Assembly: GCA_951406725.2 (NCBI GenBank)
Contig: OX597822.1
Span: 47,740,001-47,804,000, forward strand
Direction of reading: 5' to 3'
DNA length: 64,000 nucleotides
Source: Octopus vulgaris
Taxonomy: Eukaryota
Both the position numbers and the translations under genes were made by a program. The notes under the pieces were generated by a model. It was not told where the DNA came from. It did not search any database and was given only the letters and a program-made list of their open reading frames with translations. Shown in pieces: positions 36,326 through 47,399 of the stretch; position 1 is the first letter of the stretch, and the number at the start of each line of letters is the position of its first letter.

Positions 36326-36714
36326 GAAAAAAATAGAGCTACAAAAAAAAAAAAAAGAAAAACCTTGATAAAAATGTTTTTCTAAAATTAATAAAGAAAA
36401 AAAAAAAAACGAAGGAATTTGTCTGATAACTCAATACTTTAGAAACAAAGCAAAAAAAAATGTTGATTCTTAGTTCTGTTTGTCTGTAAGATTTTGGTGG
36501 TTAGTAGTGGAACGGAGGCGAGCTAGGTAAACGTGACCTGATCGCAACAGTTGCTATTTCTTTTTTTCTTATCGTTGGGCGGCGTCCATTCCAGCACAGT
36601 GATGTTAATAATACCGCAGGCTACTGCTTTTGTGTATATAATATTAGTGTTTGTCTGGACTGAATTGGAGAGATAAGTGTTTTGATAATATTCTGAGATG
36701 TTGTACATCTTTAG

Positions 36715-36834
36715 GCCTGCTATCTGCTTGCTATGGACGGCGTTTGTCCGGGGAGTGAGGAAGATCGAAGCTCGCTGCAGCAACAAACTTTATGCCGCGT
36801 TTCATTTCATACCGTGTTTGTTTCATTACGTAAG
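36715..36834 (+). CDS. Candidate in-frame exon (ACYLLAMDGVCPGSEEDRSSLQQQTLCRVSFHTVFVSLRK): 120-nt phase 0-0 cassette, or a first exon from ATG 36733
   Basis: Acceptor TACATCTTTAG| and donor AAG|GTCAGT enclose 40 open codons in CpG-retaining unique sequence. Phase-compatible with both upstream exons; no homology evidence. Confidence 0.4.
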
Positions 36835-38570
36835 GTCAGTGGCTCTCTGTTTGAAAAAGGGCAGGACTCCTTCCTTAAATATTTGTGAAATTCTTCCTTT
36901 GTATTTATGGTTTCAGATTTTGGCTGAAGACCAGCTATTTCGAAAGGAGGGTTTGAGTCGATTACATCAACACCAGTGCTCAGCTGGTCTTTACTTTATT
37001 GACTCTGAAGGGATGAAAAGCCAAGTCGACTTCTGAGGGATTTGATCTCAGCGAGTAAAGAAACGGAAAAAATGCTGCTAAGCATTTTGTCCGACGTGCT
37101 AACGATTCACCCCCCCCCCCCCCCAGTCTTCTATCTTTCACCTTTTACTTGTTTCAATCACGAGGCCGCGGCCATGCTGGGGCACCGCCTTAAAGAATTC
37201 TTTTAGACGACTCAGTCGACCCTACTAGTATTCATTTTTGTAAAAGCCTGGTGCTTAGTCTATTGGTCTCTTTATTGAACCGCTAAATTACGGGGACGTA
37301 AACACACCGGTTGTCAAGAGATAGTGGCGGACAAAACAAATTTTATTAACTGTGGCAGTTCATGTGATCCCAATTTCGTTCGTCCCCGCAGGGACGCTTG
37401 TACATTTTTTGTGGTTCATAAAATCTGAAATTTTATTTCAGTACCTGGGTAGGTTAGAGAGAGAGAGGGAGAGGGAGCGATAGAGACGGGGAGGGAGAGA
37501 GAACGCGAGAGACAGGGGAGGGAAGGAGAGAGCGATAGAGACGAAGGGAGAAAGAGGGACAGCGTGAGAGGAAAACGCACGTGCGTATGAAAGTGTCCTA
37601 TTTTAGGGATGGTGTCAATGTCCCTTTTAGACTATAGTTAATAGAAGGGAGGTAACTCCATCGTTATTGTTGCAGGTTTAGGGAGAATAAATAAAATAGG
37701 GCAAAGTGGAAGAAAATCCATGTTTGCTGGAGTTCAATGGATAAGATTATGTTCTGATTTCAAATCCCACGTACTAGGAAGCTGTACACCGCTTCTTATT
37801 GTTTAGCCCTTGGTCCAATGGACCTTTGATCAAAAGTCTTCCAACCATGACAACACCATTTTACTTCAAATATATTTTATTTCCGGCCTTGTGCCTAGAG
37901 TAGAAAAGAATGTATTTTGTCATTTTTATTTTGTTTGTTTGAGGTTATAGTGTGTAATCTAATTGAGATTTTGTTGCCATTTCACAGGCTTTACAGTTTT
38001 TCTAATTTTATGTGGATTTTAAATTATTCTATATTAGCTGATAACAAACATTGCTTCAAAACATGTACTACAAGAGAAATGAGGCAGTCTCTAAGTTCTC
38101 ACTAGATCTGCTAGAAATAGCAGTAAAATTTCCTTCAAATCTATCCTACTGTTTTAGAGACAGGAAAAAAAAAATCAGATATTAAAGATGGCAGTCAAAG
38201 ATAAAAGAGGCGGAATGGTCATGACTAGAACGTCTTTGGTCATTGGTCTTGCTAGACTGGGGTCGACAAGAGGCTAAAAAATGACTACGAAAATATCTGT
38301 TTATATTTCACAGCACATTTTATTAAATATTTTATTTAGTATTAGATAAGCTAACCATTTCTGTTCAGATCTTCCAATGGAACGGGTTTCATTTTTTTAA
38401 AAATACCTATATTCATTCGTTTATCTTTTGAGATGTAGCTGTGTGGTAAAAAGTTTGTTTCCCAACCACATCGTTCCGCGTTCAATTCTACTGCGTGTCG
38501 TTTTGTATTGGGCCGGGCTGACCAAAGCTTTTAGACTAGATTTGGTAAATGAAAACTGAAAGAAGCCCGT

Positions 38571-38622
<52 letters not shown>

Positions 38623-39103
38623 GTATTTGTATCTCATCTCCCCTTGACAACCGGTGGCTCGGCAAAAGTGACTTTAAAGTAAGTACTGGGCCGAATTGTT
38701 CGACTAATACCTTCAAAGTGGTGCCCCAAACAAAGGTCTGAAAAAGTAAAGGAAGATATATATAAAAATATTTCTCTAGTCTCTGAAATTGAACACTGAA
38801 GCAAATAATCTAGTAAACAAACTGAATAAACAGTGGCACGTAATATTTTGATGGTTGGATTGTAGTTAGGGTTGGGGAGGGATGTTTGTAGGACACAGAT
38901 AAAGCAACAACAAACAAATAGAAAAAAAAGCGTAATATGATGTAAACAGCACTATCAGATTCTTTCGGAGTTGTCGATAGAAATTGGCAGTTAGTTAGAA
39001 GGAAGGAAGGAAGTGTTTGAAACATGTTGAAGATATGTCTTAGCGAGGCAGCAGCACTTCTTATTGTTGTCGGTAACGAAAATAGTGCGTTTGTCTCTGT
39101 GTG

Positions 39104-39207
39104 AACAGCTGCTGCAGTTGTTTGGAGAAAGTAGTGCCGCCACTTAACATCTGCTGCAGCTGTTTGAAGAAAATAGTTCTGTCTCCAAACAGCTGCTGCA
39201 GTCGTGT
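39104..39207. repeat. Degenerate 42-bp-period tandem repeat of a palindromic double E-box
   Basis: AACAGCTGCTGCAGTTGTTT (39104), AACATCTGCTGCAGCTGTTT (39146), AACAGCTGCTGCAGTCGTGT (39188). Confidence 0.8.
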
Positions 39208-40261
39208 GTGACCAGTGAACAGCTTGTTATCGACTAAAATGTGTCGATAGCCACCGGAATAATAGATACTGTTGCACTCACTCAACCAAACATTCAGCGA
39301 AAAGAAAAAGTCATTTCGTTTTTCGCAATGCTGTGGTACGAAGTTTGCATCGCAGCCGCATGGTCCCGGTTTCAGTTTCATTGTGTGGTACCTTGGGCAA
39401 GTGTCTTCTATTATAGCCCCGGGCCATCCAAAACCTTGTGAATGGATTTAGTAGATGGAAACCTAAATGAAGCTCGTCTTGTGTTTGTTCCCTCCACAGA
39501 GACACACACACACACACACACACACACACATCACTTGATAAACAGTGTTGGTTTGTTCGGCAAGGGAACGGGGAGTCGATTTGTTCGACTAAACCCTTCA
39601 AGACAGTACCCCAGCATGACCGCTGCCCAATGAGTGTTATAAGTAGGGGCTAAAAGATATTTCAGACAAGTTTCTTTCTCTTTCTTTCCTTCCTTCCTTT
39701 TATTTTTTTTTCCTGCGCCTTCTATGTTACTACAGCAAGAGGTATCTAAACTAGTTCAACTACTTGCTCATTCTGTTTACCTGTCTCGCCTTCCAGAGAG
39801 TTCCTTTGCTACCGTCTCCTCCAATTCTTCTTTTCCAAAAACACAGTCACAACCTTCTAGTATTTCCAACTATTTCTTTCGTGCATATATCGACCTACCT
39901 ACTTTCAAAATCAACATTGATCGCACCAATCTCACCACTCTGATAAAATAAATAAAAATTAAAGAATACACCTCCAGCCATTAAAATAATTACCAAATAA
40001 CCCTCATACCATTCCCGTCAGTCTTATAATTAATTAGGCCCTGTACTTCTAGATACACCAGTATAACTGAAGAAAAGACGGTATGATCACCGTGAGATAC
40101 GCTTTAAATCATATACTTAGCCCCTCATTTGTAGATAGTAACTTCGTCGGCGTTTGAACGTACAGTGTAGAGAAACATTACTGATTGAGTCCAATGATCT
40201 ACCGATTCGGCCACCAGCCGTCTTAGTATTATTTATTCATTTATTTACTATTAATAATACA

Positions 40262-40648
40262 GTTTTCAAATTTTGGCTTAGTGACCTATTCCGGTTGTGA
40301 GGGGTAACCCCAGTGATCAACTGGTATTTTATCGACCCCCTAAAGGAAGAAAGACAAAGTCGACTTCGGCGGAATTTGAGCCCAGGACGTAAAGACTGAC
40401 GAAATGCCGCTAAGTATTTTGCCTGGTGTGGTAAAGGTTCTGCCAGTTCACTGTCATAATAATAATTCAAGGCAGCGAGCTGGCAGAATCGTTAGCACGC
40501 CGGGCGAAATACCGTTACGTTCTGAGTTCAAATTCCGCCGAGGTTGACTTTGACTTTCATCCTTTCGGGGTCGATGTAATCGAATTAATCCCTTTGTCCT
40601 TGTTTGTCCCCCTCTATGTTTAGCCCCCTTGTGGGTAGTAAAGAAATT
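40262..40648. mobile_element. Two family B SINEs in head-to-head (inverted) orientation
   Basis: Minus copy about 40262-40450 and plus copy 40470-40648, separated by about 20 bp. Confidence 0.85.
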
Positions 40649-40989
40649 AATAATAATTCCAAACATAAGCCTGAGACAAGATATTTTGAGAGAAGCGGAG
40701 GGAGAGTTTTTTGTAATTGGATTATTTCCGTTCATGACCGCTACTGTATTTTATCGACCTCAGAAGGACGAAAAACTTAGTCTATTGCAGTACCATCAGG
40801 CATTTTGTTCAGTGCTCTACCGATTCTAATTCATCAATGGCCTTCCTCTCCTACCACAACTACTACAGCTTCTGCTGTAACCAATCGAAGTAGGTCTTTG
40901 ATGGGAAAATTAGTTCCTCCCAATCAGTCTCGGAGTCCCTAAAAATGTCATGATTGCTAACCCCGTCTTACTAAGCTGTTAAAAAAAAG

Positions 40990-41375
40990 TGCAGGCGTAG
41001 CTATGTATTAAGAAATGGTTGCGGGTTCAGTCCCACTGCATGGTACCTTGGCCAAGTGTCTTCTATAGCCTCGAGCCGACCAAAGCCTTGTGAGTAGATT
41101 TGAATATGGAATCGTGTATATATGTATGTATATCTTTGTGTCAGTGTTTGCTCCCCCCTCCCACACACACACACACACACACCGCTTGACAACAGGTGTT
41201 GGCGTGTTTAGTTCCCGTAATCTAGCGGTTCGGCGAAAGAACCCGATAGAATAAGTACTAGATTTTAATAATAAATAAGTACTGGGTTGTTTCATTCGAC
41301 TAAAAAAAAAAGAATGTTCAGGGTGGTGCCCCAGCATGGCCGTAGTCAACTGGCTGAGGCAAGTAGAAGATAAAG
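40990..41375 (+). mobile_element. Family A SINE
   Basis: Colinear with 43504-43915. Confidence 0.85.
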
Positions 41376-41548
41376 ATGTTATATTCATAAGTCAATGGGT
41401 TTAAAATGTGTAGTTTTTAGCGGTTAAAATCCAGCAACAGCGGCAATGAATTCGTAGCGGTAGCTGAAGTTACTGCTGTGCTGATGCTGTTTGTGTAACT
41501 GTAGTTTAGGTAGAGTCAGTTGTACTAGTAGCGTTTATGGTTATTTTG

Positions 41549-42729
41549 AAGACCTATGATCACAGAAATTCCAGCCGTGACCACTTCATATTTTAAGAGT
41601 ATCTTAAACTTTATTACCAATGTGTCTTTAAGAAGAAAAAAAAAACAAAGATGTGATTTGAGGGAGATTTGCTCCTTTCCAACAAATCGAATGGCTGCGT
41701 AGAGGCTTCATCATCGATCTATTATTGATGTTTAAAGTCATCCCTGATCCAGCAGGCCTGTGATTAAAGTGTCCTAACTATGACCATCTCGTCCTATTTT
41801 CAGATAATTTATCCAGGAGTACATTATCCAATATGTTCTTCACTTTTTAAGACATTAAAGCGTGGTTCGAAAGAGACTTTGCTGCTGTTTCCAGCAAGTG
41901 AATTACCCACGTAAAGCTCATTAACAGTGATATTTGTAAGGGTTTTCTTTAGCTCCAATTCAACTCGTTCGCAAAAGTGTTCCATCCATAAAGTCCTGTT
42001 TTTTTCTTCCAGCGCATTCTATGTAGCTTTACATTGCTTAATGCGGCTTTTCTTTTTTTAAGTCAGTAAGATGTGATCTGAGTGACATTTAGCTACTATT
42101 TCTACCAGTAGAGGGACACACGAAAACTCCTAGTTTGGCGCGGTTACCTCAACAAGTGGTAGTAGTGGCAGTAGTTTTAGTAGAGGTTGTAGTTTTCTCT
42201 CTCCCATCCCAATCGGCCATGATCGACAACAATGATCATAGGCGTTCCGGTCGTGACAACCCCATCTGTTGCATATCAAAGACTACATTGTCCTTATATA
42301 TATATATATAATATTTAAGACGGTATGTTATGGAGCCGATGGTGGGTTGGCTGCTGTTTGTAGGAGTTCGACAAACCACATAGAGGTTTCCTCTGTCTCG
42401 GCAGTTAGTGTTAGCATAGCGGTAGCATTTCTTTTTTGTTTTGTACTGAGCCAACCGGCCTATATGCAAAGGCTTTCCGACCGCGACAATCCCGCCTTTC
42501 CTAAGATGGCAGGGGTCTGAGTTGAACCACATTTGGCTGCTATTTCTTTTTCTGTCTACTGTATTTGTGTAGATTCATATGCGTGTATGTGTCAGACTGG
42601 AAAAGTAAACCTTATTATCAAAGGCGCCTCATCCTTGGCTATCCTGTTTGTGTACCTAGGGCTATATTCAGTATTTCCTTCCGTTCTGTTTTTATGAAGG
42701 TGTGGTGAGATTTGGTTGATAAATCTAGC
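41549..42729 (+). repeat. Head-to-tail array of about six highly diverged ~200-bp units of an old dispersed repeat
   Basis: Recurring motifs GACCTATGATCAAAG..TTCCAGCC.TGACCATC, TACATTATCCAATGTGTC and GTGTGATTTGAGGGAGATTTGGCTGCTATTTCTAGC; units begin near 41549, 41730, 41948, 42205, 42445 and 42595. Confidence 0.7.
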
Positions 42730-42963
42730 TTATTGTAGTTGTTTTTGTAGTATTAATAGTCGCATTTAGTAGTACACGTTGCTGTGTGTTAGTAGCAGCA
42801 AAATGGAAAACAACCTTTCTCTTCTCACTCCTCCTTCCATAGTATCTCTTCTTCTGTCGAGAGAGAGGGAAGAGAGGAGGTAGTAACTGCAGTGTGTCGA
42901 TGACGTCTGCGACGACGACGATGGCGATGATGCTTAGCGTAAAATTAGCAGATTTATATTTTA

Positions 42964-43032
<69 letters not shown>

Positions 43033-43050
43033 TGGCGATATATATATATA

Positions 43051-43247
43051 TCGCCATGATAGATCGTTGGCCATTACACACATTTTTTTCTCTCCTTGTT
43101 TTTTTTTTTTCTGTGTCCCTTTCTGTAGAAGAGCGTAGGCCCGAAACGTAAAAGACTTTTTCTATTCCTGGGCGTTATACTAATACATCTGTTTGTTTTG
43201 TATACCACCTGTCTTCGTCTTTTGTTTTCTTTTTCGTAAACTCTCCC

Positions 43248-43248
<1 letters not shown>
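43051..43248 (+). mobile_element. ~190-bp hammerhead-bearing non-autonomous Penelope-like element in (TA)n
   Basis: CTTT-CTGTAGA(A)-GAGC-gtag-GCCC-GAAA-CG-TA-AAAG at 43119-43154. Homologous end to end to 29423-29607(-); (TA)n on both sides; inverted duplication of its 5' 10 nt at 43029-43038. Confidence 0.8.
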
Positions 43249-43308
<60 letters not shown>

Positions 43309-43503
43309 AATGCACACATATTGTATGCATATATGATTTTTCTCTTTCCCAGCTTGGTAGCAAGGTTGTAATGGGAAGCATTTTGGTTTGTTCATCATTC
43401 TTTAAATCTTATGGTCTTGCAAATGTATGTGTGTGTATAATGGACAGGAACAGGAAAGATAATTTTATGAAAATTAAAGTAAATTTTACAAAATTAAAGG
43501 AAA

Positions 43504-43915
43504 GGCGCAGGAGTGGCTGTGTGGTAAGTAGCTAGCTTACCAACCATATGGTTCCGGGTTCAGTCCCACTGCGTGTTAATTTGGGCAAGTGTCTTCAACT
43601 ATAGCCTCGGGCCGACCAAAGCCTTGAGAGTGGATTTGGTAGACGGAAACTGAAAGAAGCCCGTCATATGTGTGTGTGTGTGTGTGCGCGTATATGTTTG
43701 TATGTCTGTGTTTGCCCCCTCCCCCCCAACATCGCTTGACAACCGATGCTAATGTGTTTACGTCCTCGTAACTTAACGGTTCATCAAAAGACACCGATAG
43801 AATAAGTACTAGGCTTCCAAAGAATAAGTCCTGGGGTCGATTTGCTCGACTAAGGCGTTGCTTCAGCATGGCCGCAGTCAAATGACTGAAACAAGTAAAA
43901 GAGCAAAGAGTAAAG
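43504..43915 (+). mobile_element. Full-length tRNA-derived SINE family A (reference copy; about 20 copies or fragments in the window)
   Basis: A box TGGCTGTGTGG, B box GGTTCAGTCCC, TTGGGCAAGT CORE-like start, internal (TG)n and (GTAAAAGA)-type tail. Other copies near 9190, 11850, 13920, 24800, 33890(-), 37140(-), 38430, 39325, 47015, 50960, 54666 and 59955. Confidence 0.92.
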
Positions 43916-44619
43916 CAGTAGTGTATCAAGAGGCGGGGACGAGAATGTGCAGTCCACATCAGGCGACGTTTTTATAAGGACGGCACTTTTGGGGGCTACT
44001 GTGAAATCCTATGTGTATAAGGCTTGAGATTCTTAGGGAGGGCGAAAAGCTCAAGGACTGCTCTGGGCGGAACACACACTCTAACTACACCCTGAGGCAA
44101 GAGGGAGGGGAAACTTCGGCCATAATTCTGTCTTATTGTACCTTATTAGAATAACAGTCTGCTGAAACCTGTTTGAAACGGATGGCAATAGTATTTACAT
44201 ATAGAAAATGACTTGGAAAGATTTTTACACACTAATAAATAACATGCATAATATTTTTTATGTATAGAGGGAAAAACTCAAGTTGCTCACTGGCATGAAC
44301 TCAGAAGAATAAATTAAAAAGTAATGTGCTAAATGGCATGGAAAAAGAATCCTTAATCAACTAAAATTTCCGTCTTATTGAAAAAGAAAAAAATTTAGTA
44401 GTAATTGTTGGCGACTCGCAAGGAAAGGAGGAGATAACTCTTCTTTGTCAGTGTCTATGCGCGCGCCCGCACCGTATCATTGCGTGTGAGTACCTCTCGC
44501 CTAGTTGTATACTCTCAGTGATTAAATATCTTGCTTACATTTTACTTTCTTGAATCATAGCTCTTTTTTTCATCATTAACTTTGAAGCAATGTGTCTAAG
44601 TTCAGAATAAATTTTATTA

Positions 44620-45197
44620 ACCGAATAATCATTAGCCAAATCTACAGAAGTTACCCTCGCCAGGATTTGAACCTAAAGCATAAAGATGGACGAAAAGCTG
44701 ATGAACATTTTGTCCGGCGTGTTAAATATTCTGCTAATTTACGGCCTTTTGCTTCGGGAATACTGGTTTCAAATTTTGGCACAAGGCCGCCATTTTCGGG
44801 AAAAGGTTAAGTCGTTTAAATCGACCTCAGTCTTCAACTGGTACGTTTTAATCGACCCTGAGAGAATAAAAGCCAAAGTCGACTGCTGCGGATTTGAACT
44901 CAGAACGTAAAGACGGATGAAATGCCGCTCAGCATTTTGCCCGGCGTGCTAACAATTCTGCCAGCTCGCCGCCTTATGCTCGCTTGTTGAATATTGGTTT
45001 CATTTTTTTGGCACAAGGCCAACAATTCTGGGGTAGGAGACGAGCCCGATGCTCAGTTGATGCTTATTGTATCAACCCCAAAAAGGTTGAAAGGCAAAGT
45101 CGACCTCGGCAGAATTTGAACTCAGAACGTAAAGACGGACGAAATGCCGCTAAGCATTTCGGCCGGCGTACTAACGATTCTGTCAGCTCGTCACCTT
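44620..45197 (-). mobile_element. Three head-to-tail family B SINEs
   Basis: Heads near 44745, 44975 and 45195, each preceded on the minus strand by a similar linker. Confidence 0.85.
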
Positions 45198-46000
45198 ATG
45201 GCTTGCTTGGTAAATATTGCGAACAGCTTTCTCTACTTTATGTTCCATTTTGAACTCTTACGATAAAATCGCTCGAATTTACTATTTCTTTTTTCTTTAA
45301 TTTGACAACCGAAAATTAAAATAAAAACAAAAAACAAGAAGATTAAATAAAGAGTGAACACTGAATACAAAACTGTTAGCATAAATCAATAAACCGAAAT
45401 CAACATTTCAATCGAGGAACATAGTTAAATATATGTTTGTTCGAAAATAAGCATCAAAGTTTAAAATACCAAAAAACCGAAAGTTTTCTTTTTGTATCAA
45501 ATTAATATGTAATGTTTGTGTGTATACTTATGCTTACATATATGTATGCTTACATATATGTATGTATGCATGCATGTATGCATGCATGCATGCATGTATG
45601 TATGTATGTATATATATAAGATCTACACCCACCATATAAGCTTCCATTGTGAGCAAGTAGTGCTGTTGTTGTTATTGCTGCAGTAGCAATGTTCCTGACA
45701 TACTTGCTGGCGTCCTGTACATGGTAAATTCTCTCAGCTCTCGGAATGAGCGGCGCCCAATCGATACTGTCAGTGGGGTGCTTACTGATTGGAAAAGGAA
45801 TGTACGTTCGGGTTGAGGTGATGTATCGATTTTGTAGGTATTCGTGTTGCTATACAGCACCTCTTCACCACACTGCCTCTCACACATATACACTCACTCA
45901 AACATCCTGATGTTCTGTATTTTGGATAATACATACGTACTTTCGTGTATATTTATATGTGTGGAGTATGTATTTACTTTTTATATATCGGTAAGTTAGT

Positions 46001-46160
46001 GTGGAGGCACAATGGCCTAGTGGTTAGGGCAGCGGACTCGCGGTCGTAGGATCGCGGTTTCGATTCCCGGACTGGACGTTGTGAGTGTTTATTGAGCGAA
46101 AACACCTATACTTCCACGAGGCCCTTGCTGGGGGTGGTGACGAACCCTGCTGTACTCTTT
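46001..46160 (+). mobile_element. tRNA(Arg)-like-head SINE
   Basis: GGAGGCACAATGGCCTAGTGGTTAGGGCAGCGGACTCGCGGTCGTAGGATCGCGGTTTCGATTCCC: A and B boxes, TCG in an anticodon-like position, continuing into a TTGAGCGAAAACAC CORE-like body. Confidence 0.75.
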
Positions 46161-46582
46161 TACTCTTTCTTCCTTTGGTATGTGTAAAATCTCTTCTCTC
46201 TCTCTGTATATTTCTACGTATGTTCGCTTTTAGTACAAAAAGTACTGTTGCCAAAAGATACTCAGTCTCCAGTGAGCCATGCCAGATCACAGTGTCCAAA
46301 CAGCCGCGTCCAATCATTTCACTCCAATCAATCTCTGAAAAAATACAACATAGTGTCACTCTTCATATGTCTCATGTCTTATCAGTCCTCTTGTTACTTA
46401 ACAAACTAAGGCATGTGGGCCGGCTGGAACAATACAGGATATCATTGACACTAGAATGATCGACGGCAGAGTCGGTAGAGCGTCGGACCAAATTAGTAAT
46501 ATTTCTTTACATTCTGAGTTCGAATCTTAACTATGTCCATTTAAACTTACATCGTTCTGGGGTCAGTAGAATATAGTACCGG

Positions 46583-46876
46583 TTATTTACTTAAGCTCAT
46601 CGCTCCCAAAGGAGCAAGGGCTATCGGCGACATTTCTCAACAGGTTTCACTCTGAGCTGTCTTTTGGTTTTGAATTGTCATCAATGCTTCTCTAACTTCG
46701 CTTGTTTCCATGTAGAGGTGTTGGCCCTACGCAAACCCATTTTCACCTCTAGGAAAACGTGATCCATATTAGTGTTGCGTCTATCATTTGACCTGTCCAG
46801 CATGAGAGGCCCAGCCAGGAGTTTACGCTCGGTTTGCATGGCTCTCAGGATCATTGAAACATACAAGCCACCACAC
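46583..46876 (-). mobile_element. Short bipartite RTE-derived non-autonomous element (5' UTR fused to 3' end, Bov-A-like)
   Basis: Minus strand begins GGCTTGTATGTTTCAATGATCCTGAGAGCCATGC...GGGCCTCTCATGCTGGACAGGTCA (RTE/BovB 5' UTR motif) and ends GCCCTTGCTCCTTTGGGAGCGATGAGCTTAAGTAAATAA (RTE-type 3' hairpin and tail). Confidence 0.65.
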
Positions 46877-47399
46877 TTCTAGGACTGAACCTTCTCGTGG
46901 ACAGTGCCAGTACCTTGACGAAACAGTGGCATTCACGAACCTACGTGGTCGCTCAACCCGCTAGAGATAGCAACGAAATTTCTATAATCTCACTGTACTA
47001 TCGTAAATAAAGAAGCTCGATTTGCAACCTTGTGGTTTCGGGTTTAGTCCCATTGTGCAGCACCTTCTACTATAACCCCGGGCCGACCAGTATCATGTGG
47101 GTGGACTTAATAGACAGAAAATGTGCGTGGGAGCCAGTCATATATGCGTGTGCGTTTATGTGTTTGTCCACCACCCCGCTTAACAGCTGGTGTGGGTTTG
47201 TTCAAGGCTCCATAAACTAGCGGTTCGGTTTAAAGAGACAATAGAATAAGCAGTAGACTTTAAAAAGAAAACAAGTGCTGGGAGCTATTTATTTGACAAA
47301 ATCCCTTCAAGGTAGCTACAGTCCAATGGCTGAAACAAGTAAAAGATAAAAAGAAAAAGGCGACACCAACGTCCTCTCAACGATTAGCCAGAGATGAAT

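Noticed and set aside
37350-37645. Possible minus-strand non-autonomous Helitron (hairpin CGTCCC-CGCA-GGGACG, TC start)
   Set aside because: The CTRR terminus is not intact and there is no second copy in the window to confirm it.
39104-39207. Palindromic repeats with regular spacers resembling a CRISPR array
   Set aside because: Eukaryotic context, only three degenerate 20-bp units, spacers similar to each other and no cas genes; it is a minisatellite.
45672-45893. 73-aa minus-strand ORF faintly like a Penelope zinc-linker/GIY-YIG region
   Set aside because: Key CxxC and YIG residues are absent; similarity too weak to support.
46001-46075. tRNA-like sequence with A and B boxes
   Set aside because: Acceptor and anticodon stems do not pair properly and it continues into a SINE body; it is a SINE head, not a tRNA gene.
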